From positions 128,001-192,000 of the forward strand of contig CAVTJJ010000006.1 in NCBI GenBank assembly GCA_963735035.1: a stretch of DNA of 64,000 bases, given 5' to 3'. The stretch's first letter is position 1. Each line of letters opens with the position of its first letter. The notes under the pieces were generated by a model that saw nothing but the letters and a program-made list of their open reading frames with translations, searched no databases and had not been told where the DNA came from. This DNA comes from an uncultured candidate division Zixibacteria bacterium. Lineage in GTDB: Bacteria > Zixibacteria > MSB-5A5 > GN15 > FEB-12. Of this stretch, positions 56,926-64,000 are shown piece after piece. The translations under genes were made by a program, and so were the position numbers.

Positions 56926-58780
56926 CTAAATCACGTCGATAGCTTCGTGCTTGCACACGGCGTAACAGGCGCCGCACTTGGTGCAGACGTCCTGATTGAT
57001 GAAGTGCATTTCTTTCTTCTTGCCCGTGATGGCATTGTAAGCGCAGGCGGCGATACAGGCGATGCATCCGGTGCAATTTTCGTTGACTTCGTACTTAATG
57101 AGCGGCTTGCAGACGCCGGCCGGACACCGTTTCTCGCGAATATGGGTCAGATACTCGTCGCGGAAATACTTGATCGTGCTGAGGAACGGATTGGCCCCGG
57201 ACTGCCCCAGCCCGCACAGTGAACCGGTTACTATCGTCTCGGATAGCTTCTCGGCCTTCACGAGGTCTTCTTCAGTTCCGTTGCCTTCGGTAATCCGGGT
57301 CAAAATGCGGTGCAGTTGATACAGTCCTTCGCGGCAGGGGACGCACTTGCCGCAGGACTCGGACACGAGGAAATCCAGGAAGTACTTGGCGACATCGACC
57401 ATGCAGGTCCGGTCGTCCATGACGATCATGCCGCCGGAACCCATCATCGAACCGGCCTTGGTAAGGCTGTCGAAATCGACCGGCAGATCAAGCTTGGCTT
57501 CGGGCAGACAGCCACCCGACGGGCCGCCGGTCTGGACTGCCTTGAACGGACGATTGTCGATGATGCCACCGCCGATATCGAAGATGATCTCGCGGAGGGT
57601 CATGCCCATCGGCACTTCGATCAGGCCGGTGTTCTTCACCTTGCCGACCAGCGAAAACGCCTTGGTGCCGGTGCTTGTTGGGACGCCGATGCTCTTGAAC
57701 CAGTCGGCGCCTTTGGCGATGATGATCGGGACGTTGGCGAAGGTCTCGACATTGTTCAGCACGGTCGGTTGGTCGCGCAGTCCTTTGACCACCGAGCGGA
57801 TATACTTGGCGCGCGGTTCGCCGACTTCGCCGGCGACCGATTTCATCAGGGCCGAGGATTCGCCGCAGACAAACGCTCCGGCGCCCCGGGCGATCTTGAT
57901 GCGGAAAGAGAAATCGGTGCCGAGGATATTGTCACCCAGCAAGCCCTGTTCCTCGCAGTCGTCGATCGCCTTCTGCAGGTGAATGACCGCCAGCGGATAT
58001 TCCTCGCGAACGTAGATGTATCCCTGTTTGGCGCCGACCGCATACGCGCAGATCATCATGCCTTCGAGCACCGCGTGCGGGTCGCCTTCCATGATGGTGC
58101 GATCCATGAATGCGCCCGGGTCGCCTTCGTCGCCGTTGCAGATGACATAGCGCACGTCGGATTCGACATTTCGGCAGGTACGCCACTTCTTGCCGGCCAC
58201 AAACCCGGCGCCGCCGCGACCGCGCAGGCCGGACGATGTCACTTCGTCGATCACCTGATCCGGAGTCATGCTGGTCAGCACTTTGGCGAGAGCCTGATAG
58301 CCGCCGACGGCGATATACTCGCGAATATCATTGGCGGCGATTTTGCCAAGGTTACGGAGGGCGATGCGCTGCTGGTGCGAGAAGAAGGGGACGTCGGGAT
58401 ATCGTTCGATCTTGTCGCCGGTCACCGGATTGGTGTACAGCAGGGATTCGATCACCCGGTCATTTGCAAGCGTCTGTTCGATTATCTCGGCGACATCTTT
58501 CGGTTTGACGTGGGTATAGAACGTGCCGTGCGGTTCGATTACAACCAGCGGTCCCTGCTCGCAGAAGCCGTGGCAGCCGGTCTCTTTGACCGCTTCCACC
58601 GAGAAGTCTTTGATCTTCTTTTCTTTGAGGCGTGTTGTGAAACGCCTCGACAATTCCCGCCGCGCCGTTGGCCAGACAGCCGGTGCCGCAGCATACGATC
58701 ACCCGCTTGGTTTGTTTATCGCGGGCGGCGCTGCATTCCTTCTGCAATTTATCCAACTGCTGAGGTGAACTGATACTCAT
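56926..58780 (-). CDS. HydB/NuoF-like FMN/NADH-binding subunit; +1 frameshift near 58641 (probable sequencing error)
   Basis: N-terminal C.GTGC..GCHGFC thioredoxin-like domain split over two frames; GRGGAGF, NGDEGDPGAFMDR, GGPSGG, ESCGKC.PCR, H....CPAGVC, 2x[4Fe-4S]. Confidence 0.9.
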
Positions 58781-58786
58781 GTCTTG

Positions 58787-59239
58787 TTAGCCCTTCAACA
58801 GTTTCTTCACGCGGCTCGAATTGACCGAACCGTGGTATTTTTCATTGACGATCACTACCGGCGCCATGGCACAGGCGCCGAGGCAGGCTACGACTTCCAG
58901 CGTGAACTTCATATCCTCGGAAGTCTGTCCGGCCTTTATCTTCAGAAAACTCTCGAGTTGATCCTGAATCAGTTTGGCGCCGCGAATATGACAGGCGGTG
59001 CCCACACAGACGCGAACCACCGTCTCGCCCTTGGGATTCAGGCTAAAGGCGTTATAGAAAGTCGCGGCCGAGAAGACCCGGGAGAGAGGCACGTCCAAGG
59101 CTTCGGCGGCCTGAACGAGCGCTTCGCAGGGGAGAAACCGATATTCACGCTGGATTTCCTGCAGGACCATGATGAGCGATTCCGGCGAGCGCGGATGGCG
59201 ATCTATCAGTTCCGGCAGGCGCGAGAAGTCATGCCTCAT
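58787..59239 (-). CDS. HydC/NuoE-like [2Fe-2S] subunit
   Basis: ATFY..F, C.GTACH.RGA, ACLGACA.AP. Confidence 0.92.
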   Translation of the reverse strand: MRHDFSRLPELIDRHPRSPESLIMVLQEIQREYRFLPCEALVQAAEALDVPLSRVFSAATFYNAFSLNPKGETVVRVCVGTACHIRGAKLIQDQLESFLKIKAGQTSEDMKFTLEVVACLGACAMAPVVIVNEKYHGSVNSSRVKKLLKG

Positions 59240-59807
59240 ACTTTGGCCCCTTTCTTCGGCTTGTGCGCCGCCATGCCGAGATCGTAACCTTCCTTGAGCA
59301 CCTTGAAGTTAATCTCCAGCAGGTCCTTCTTCTTGCCCAGCTTTTCCTCCAACACCTTCTTGAGGTTGTCATATTGAACCAACCCGGTGACACCGACAAA
59401 CGCCCCCAGCATGGCAATGTTGGTGGCCTTGGCGCTGCCGGCCTTCAGGGCCATGTCATTCGCGGGTACGAGGACTTCGGTGATGTCGGTCCGGTCGGTG
59501 GTGACGTCGATCAACGACGAATTTACCACCAGCAATCCGCCCGGCTTGATGGTCGGGGTGAACTTATCGAACGACGGCCGATTGAAAACTACCGGCCGCC
59601 TGCGGGTTGCGGATGATCGGCGAACCGATGCGGACGTCTGACACTACCACGGTACAGTAGGCCGTGCCGCCCCGCATTTCGGGGCCATACGAGGGAATCC
59701 AGCAGACCTGCTTGCCTTCTTTGATACCGGTGTAGGAGAGAAGCATCCCGGCGACCATGATGCCCTGCCCGCCGAACCCGGCCCATAGAGACTTCATATT
59801 GCGGCAT
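59236..59807 (-). CDS. 2-oxoacid:ferredoxin oxidoreductase gamma subunit; two +1 frameshifts (near 59783 and 59593)
   Basis: MPQYEV | [24 protein letters not shown] | FN.PS..KF...KPGG, NIAMLGA in three frames. Confidence 0.85.
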
Positions 59808-60578
59808 CACTTCACCCCCTGGTCGGGTGATTTGTACTGGCCGAGCGGATAATACTTCAGAAGATTTTCATCCAGCCATTTGGTGGAGTCAGTCGGGGTC
59901 ATGCCCCAGTTGGTCGGGCAGGTCGAAACTACTTCGACTATCGAGAAGCAGCGTCCCTGCAACCTGATATTCGAACGCCTTGCGAATCGCCTTCTTGGCT
60001 TTGATGATGTGCTGCGGCGTATGCACCGCAACTCGCTCGATGTAGAATGGCGTCACCAGGCCCGACAGGAATTCCGACATCTTGATCGGATAGCCGGTGA
60101 GGGAGACGTCGCGTCCCATCGGACTGGTCGATGTCACCTGGCCTTCCAGAGTTGTCGGAGCCATCTGACCGCCGGTCATGCCGTAGATGGCGTTATTGAC
60201 GAATATGGTTGTGAACTTCTCGTTCCGATTGGCGGCGTGGACAATTTCACCCATGCCTATTGACGCCAGATCACCGTCACCCTGGTAGGTGAAAACAATC
60301 ATGTCGGGCCGTGCTCTTTTGAAGCCGGTAGCCAGCGCTGGGGCGCGACCGTGCGGTGCTTCGAGAAAGTCGCAGTTGAAGTAATTGTAGCAGAGCACCG
60401 AGCAGCCCACCGGGGCCACGCCCACGGTGCGTTCGCGCACTCCGAGATCGTCAAGCGCTTCCGCCACCAGACGATGAATCACACCGTGCGTGCAGCCGGG
60501 GCAATAGTGGGTGACAGTTTCGCGAAGGGCGGTCGGTCGAGAGAAAATCGTGGTTTCTGTCTGGGGCATTCCGCTCAC
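59807..60578 (-). CDS. 2-oxoacid:ferredoxin oxidoreductase beta (TPP-binding) subunit; +1 frameshift near 59963
   Basis: YCPGC.HG, VGC, HGRA, YQGDGD, NN..YGMTGGQ | CPTNWG. Confidence 0.9.
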
Positions 60579-61672
60579 CCTTTCTTCCGGCGCGGTTTAT
60601 CAGCCGCGTCATTCTTGATCATAATCTTGATCTGTTCCTTGACTTCGTCAGGAGTGGGGACAATTCCGCCGGTGCGACCGAAGAATTTGATCGGTTTGGC
60701 GCCGCACACGATGCGCTCGATGTCTTCAAGCATCTGTCCCATGCTCATCTCAACTGTTAGGATCGATTCGATGTTCGCTTTGTTGGCTTCGTTCTTGAGC
60801 GCCTCTTCGGGATACGGGAAGACCGTAATCGGTCGGAAGAGCCCAACTGAAATTCCCTCGGTTTCGAGTTCGTCGATAACCGTCTGGCAGATGCGGGCCA
60901 TAGTTCCGTAGGAAACGATCAGAATCCGGTTCTTCGAATTGACCTTGTACAACTCGAAGCGGGGCTCGTCCTTCTTCATCTGCTGGTACTTTTTGTCGAG
61001 GACGATCGAGTTGTCTTCCAGCACGTACGGATCAAGGTGAAGCGACTTGATGATCCGAGGAGCACGTCCCTTGGCTCCGGTGGCCGCCCAGTCTTTCGGA
61101 GGTAGTTCGGGCTCTTCGTACTTCTCCGGAAATTCGACCGGTTCCATCATCTGGCCGATCATGCCGTCGCCGATTATCATCACCGGGTTGCGATACTTGT
61201 CGGCGAGATGGAACGCCAGCATCGTAAGGTCGACTGCTTCTTGTACTGACGACGGCGCCAGGACGAGGACGCGGTAATCACCGTGGCCGCCTCCCTTGGT
61301 GGCCTGGAAATAGTCCGACTGAGCTGGCAGAATGCCACCCAGTCCCGGACCGCCGCGCATGATGTTCAGGATCACGCAGGGCAACTGGGCTCCGGCCATG
61401 TAGGAGATCGCTTCCTGCATCAGGCTGATGCCCGGCGACGAGGACGACGTGAACACACGGCGCCCCGACGACGACGCGCCGAATATCATATTGCCGACCG
61501 CCACTTCACTCTCAGCCTGGAGAAACACGCCGTTCACCTGGGGCATGCGTTTGGCCATGTACTCGGCGACTTCGGTCTGCGGTGTGATAGGATAGCAGAA
61601 GTAGATCAGCGAGCCGGCCCGGATGGCCGCCTCGGCAATCGCTTCGTTACCTTTCATCAGTATTCTTGCCAC
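60575..61672 (-). CDS. 2-oxoacid:ferredoxin oxidoreductase alpha subunit (VorB/KorA-type)
   Basis: MKGNEAIAEAA, YPITPQ, QAESE, SSSPGISL.QE, RGGPGLG.I, EMS.GQM; GTG start after GAAGGA. Confidence 0.92.
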   Translation of the reverse strand: MARILMKGNEAIAEAAIRAGSLIYFCYPITPQTEVAEYMAKRMPQVNGVFLQAESEVAVGNMIFGASSSGRRVFTSSSSPGISLMQEAISYMAGAQLPCVILNIMRGGPGLGGILPAQSDYFQATKGGGHGDYRVLVLAPSSVQEAVDLTMLAFHLADKYRNPVMIIGDGMIGQMMEPVEFPEKYEEPELPPKDWAATGAKGRAPRIIKSLHLDPYVLEDNSIVLDKKYQQMKKDEPRFELYKVNSKNRILIVSYGTMARICQTVIDELETEGISVGLFRPITVFPYPEEALKNEANKANIESILTVEMSMGQMLEDIERIVCGAKPIKFFGRTGGIVPTPDEVKEQIKIMIKNDAADKPRRKKG

Positions 61673-61703
61673 TCGAACAATCCTTCCACAGGTCCCGGCG
61701 GGA

Positions 61704-61937
61704 CTAGTATTCAAACAGTACAAATTGGGTGCCGTGGGTGTCCACGCTAATGGCCACGTCCGGACAAACCACCGCACAAATGCGGCAACCGATGCAGCGC
61801 GACGGATCATGCATGCGGGCGTAGAAGTACCCTCTCACGGTGATGTCCTTCGACATCGAGAGAATCTTCTGCGGACAGGCCTGAACGCACAGCTCACACC
61901 CTTTGCAATGGTTCTTGTCTATGGTAACACGAGGCAT
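61704..61937 (-). CDS. 2x[4Fe-4S] ferredoxin (OFOR delta subunit)
   Basis: CKGCELCVQACP, CIGCRICAVVCPD. Confidence 0.92.
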   Translation of the reverse strand: MPRVTIDKNHCKGCELCVQACPQKILSMSKDITVRGYFYARMHDPSRCIGCRICAVVCPDVAISVDTHGTQFVLFEY

Positions 61938-61954
61938 AATACCTTCCTTAAGTC

Positions 61955-62683
61955 TCAACTAATCTCGGCCGACGCGCTTCGTTCCCACGGTTTGAGCAAC
62001 GAGCGGTCGAGGGCCAGCACCGGGTATGGAACCTTCCGGCGTTCGAGCTGGCGCGCGATATTCTCAATCACACTGACGAAACAAATGGGCAAACCGGTTT
62101 CGTTGCTGACCTGCCGGGCGAGGTCGATACCGTGATAGACCTCGGCCACGGTGGTTTGTTCTATCAAATGCGAATTCGAAATGAGGCCGGTGAATTTGAG
62201 TTTGCCGGAGCTCTCGATTTCTTCCATCATCTTCAAAGCGCCCGCTACATCGGCGGTGAACGGCCGGTAGGCGTTCAGAGTCAGCAGCATATCGTACTGA
62301 CCGGGAGTGAAAGCGTCGGCCAGTGAACTCAGGACGCGCGCGCCAGTGTCGTCGCCGCCGACGTCGAGGATCAGCTTTCCCTCGGCCCGTTGAATAGCCG
62401 TCTTGATTTCCGGGACGATTATGGGCAGATCGGCCATCGCGTACGCTCCGGCCGGGATCAACGATTTGATGCCGTGACTCGCCAGCGTGGCGGCTGCCTC
62501 GCGGCTCCGAAAATACGGGTTAACGATATCGAGATCGGCTATCACTACGGGGTCGGTTCCGGTCCGGGCGAGAAGGCGGGCCAGATTGACCGAGACCTCG
62601 GACTTGCCGCTGCCAAACCCACCGACAATGACAATGACATTCTGCGAGAATTTGGGGGCTGGGAATTCGGCCAAGTCAGTCAT
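61955..62683 (-). CDS. P-loop ATP-binding protein heading the OFOR operon
   Basis: GGFGSGKSE, DLDIVNPYFRSRE, ILDVGGDD.GA. Confidence 0.85.
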   Translation of the reverse strand: MTDLAEFPAPKFSQNVIVIVGGFGSGKSEVSVNLARLLARTGTDPVVIADLDIVNPYFRSREAAATLASHGIKSLIPAGAYAMADLPIIVPEIKTAIQRAEGKLILDVGGDDTGARVLSSLADAFTPGQYDMLLTLNAYRPFTADVAGALKMMEEIESSGKLKFTGLISNSHLIEQTTVAEVYHGIDLARQVSNETGLPICFVSVIENIARQLERRKVPYPVLALDRSLLKPWERSASAEIS

Positions 62684-62768
62684 CTAAGCTTAACGCTCGC
62701 TTTCAAATACCGGACTCAACGAGTCGGGCTGCAGCCTCGCGCTGACAGTCCCACACAAGGAGCGAGAT

Positions 62769-62798
62769 AATATAATCGCTACCGACAGTCAAGGTCAA
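62769..62798 (-). promoter_or_regulatory. Sigma70-type promoter of the OFOR-Fe-S operon
   Basis: TTGACC-N18-TATATT on the minus strand. Confidence 0.45.
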
Positions 62799-62804
62799 GG
62801 AGCT

Positions 62805-62822
62805 TTGTGAAAAGAGTAACAA
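62805..62822. promoter_or_regulatory. Rex/CRP-like operator
   Basis: TTGTGAA-AAGA-GTAACAA, 12/14 match to TTGTGAA-N4-TTCACAA. Confidence 0.5.
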
Positions 62823-63033
62823 GTTTGCTATTCGTCCGGTCAAAAATTCGTCAACCTATCTGCTTATCTTATACGAAGTTGTGATAGCCAACCATAAGAG
62901 TTTTCTATTTCATGAATTTGGGTATCGCTGATTTTTCTTGCGGCTTGCCGCCACTGCGGGCAGATTGGCGGTTTGGAGCGCCTTGGCGGTCATCGCAAAT
63001 GGCCGGATTGAAGCCTCTACCAAAGGAAAGACT

Positions 63034-63813
63034 ATGGCTGAGACCAATTGGAAAACCGGCATTACTGACATCGGCCCTAACCGAATTCGGGTCCGGGGCT
63101 ATGATATCGCCGAGATAATGGGCAGGCTCTCGTACGCCGAGACGGTGTTCCTCCTGCTCAAAGGAGAGCTGCCCGGCAAAGCTGAAGCCGAGTTGATGAA
63201 CGCTATCCTGGTGTCATCGATCGACCACGGCGCGTCGCCGCCCTCGGCCCTCGGCACTCGGGCGGTGGTCTCAGGCGGGAACAGTCTGAATGCTGCCATC
63301 GCCGGCGGAATACTGGTGATCGGCGACTGGCACGGTGGAGCGATTGAACAGGCTGCGAAGATCATGCAGCAGTGGGCCGCGAAGGTCAATGATTCGGGCG
63401 ACAACGCTATGCAGGTTGCGACTGAATTGTCGGCCTGGCTCAAGGAGAAGAAGATCCGTATGCCGGGGTTCGGGCACCGAATCCATACGGCCGATCCGCG
63501 CACCCCGAAGTTGTTCGAGATTGCCACCCGCCACGGCTACAACGGCAAACATATCAGACTGTGCCAGGCGCTCGAAAAAGTGCTGGCCGAACAACTTGGC
63601 AAGAAACTTCCGATTAATGTCGATGGCGCCATCGCGGCGGTCATTTCGGACATGGGGTTTGACTGGCGGCTGGGGAAGGCGTTCTTTATCATCAGCCGCG
63701 TTCCCGGTCTGGTGGCTCATGCTTATGAAGAGATGACCCGCGAAAAGCCGGTGCGCAAGCTCGGCCCGATGCCGTATGAATACGACGGCCCGCCGGATAG
63801 GAAGATCGACTAG
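63034..63813 (+). CDS. Citryl-CoA lyase (citrate synthase family)
   Basis: W.T.I, RGY, DHG..PPS, G..HGGA.E, PGFGHR.H..DPR, INVDGAIA, R..GL.AH..EE; AAGGA RBS. Confidence 0.85.
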   Translation: MAETNWKTGITDIGPNRIRVRGYDIAEIMGRLSYAETVFLLLKGELPGKAEAELMNAILVSSIDHGASPPSALGTRAVVSGGNSLNAAIAGGILVIGDWHGGAIEQAAKIMQQWAAKVNDSGDNAMQVATELSAWLKEKKIRMPGFGHRIHTADPRTPKLFEIATRHGYNGKHIRLCQALEKVLAEQLGKKLPINVDGAIAAVISDMGFDWRLGKAFFIISRVPGLVAHAYEEMTREKPVRKLGPMPYEYDGPPDRKID

Positions 63814-63826
63814 ACACAGAGGGCGC

Positions 63827-64000
63827 ATGGACATCATCAAAGAGAAGATACAACAGGTTCCCTCACTCCTAAACGAACTCGATCTCGATCTGTGGATAGT
63901 CGCGGTGCGCGAAACTCCGGTGATGTGTGATCCAATCATCCCTCTGATCAGCGGCCTCGAAGCTACCTGGCAGTCGTTCTTCGCGTACACGCGCGACGGC
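63827..64000 (+). CDS. Probable M24 (Xaa-Pro) aminopeptidase, 3'-truncated
   Basis: Manual translation MDIIKEKIQQVPSLLNELDLDLWIVAVRETPVMCDP...TWQSFFAYTRDG; catalytic domain lies outside the window. Confidence 0.55.
   Translation, partial: MDIIKEKIQQVPSLLNELDLDLWIVAVRETPVMCDPIIPLISGLEATWQSFFAYTRDG

Noticed and set aside
57310..58773. 487-aa + strand ORF
   Set aside because: Antisense shadow of the HydB-like gene, typical of high-GC codon bias; no motifs.
55714..59239. Possible [FeFe]-hydrogenase or second complex I
   Set aside because: No H-cluster motifs, maturases or membrane subunits; only the NADH/Fe-S module is present.
62700..62760. Small hairpins in the OFOR operon leader as a riboswitch (e.g. 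TPP)
   Set aside because: No recognisable aptamer consensus; stems are short.

Overview
GC-rich bacterial chromosomal window with no rRNA, tRNA, CRISPR or mobile element detected. Gene content (diderm beta-barrels, secreted proteins with FlgD-Ig/T9SS-like tails, kinase-TPR proteins) suggests an FCB-group organism such as Zixibacteria; this is inference only. Layout: (1) 1-14.9 kb mixed + strand housekeeping run (manC-type GMPP, SPOR lipoprotein, tsaC, LMW phosphatase, ftcD, PHP proteins, secreted metalloprotease, ECF S-component, OM receptor, MFS). (2) 15.1-29.8 kb complete nuoA-N operon, with a glutaredoxin-like gene between nuoM and nuoN that ends G-TGA-G-I-TAG and is followed by a SECIS-like hairpin (probable selenoprotein). 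(3) purF, a GAF-HisKA protein, a prolyl oligopeptidase and an FAD oxidoreductase. (4) Best candidate novel system, 36.0-41.8 kb: an RRE/PqqD-like + M50 peptidase + HlyD fusion, then a 25-aa ORF missed by the ORF track (MADYKLTVEVLEARIAP-MGFSLGGQ) with its own promoter, repeat array, RBS and terminator, lying tail-to-tail with a Ser/Thr kinase-TPR gene. This looks like a peptide processing/export and signalling module. (5) 38.8-52.8 kb minus-strand signalling cluster (RsbV/W/U-like, NtrY/NtrX-like, sigma54-driven beta-barrel, GAF-PAS kinase). (6) 55.7-62.7 kb operon joining a 2-oxoacid:ferredoxin oxidoreductase to a HydABC/Bfu-like module with no catalytic subunit, divergent from citryl-CoA lyase. 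Six +1 frameshifts in four genes are probably sequencing errors. All calls are by motif recognition; no searches were run.
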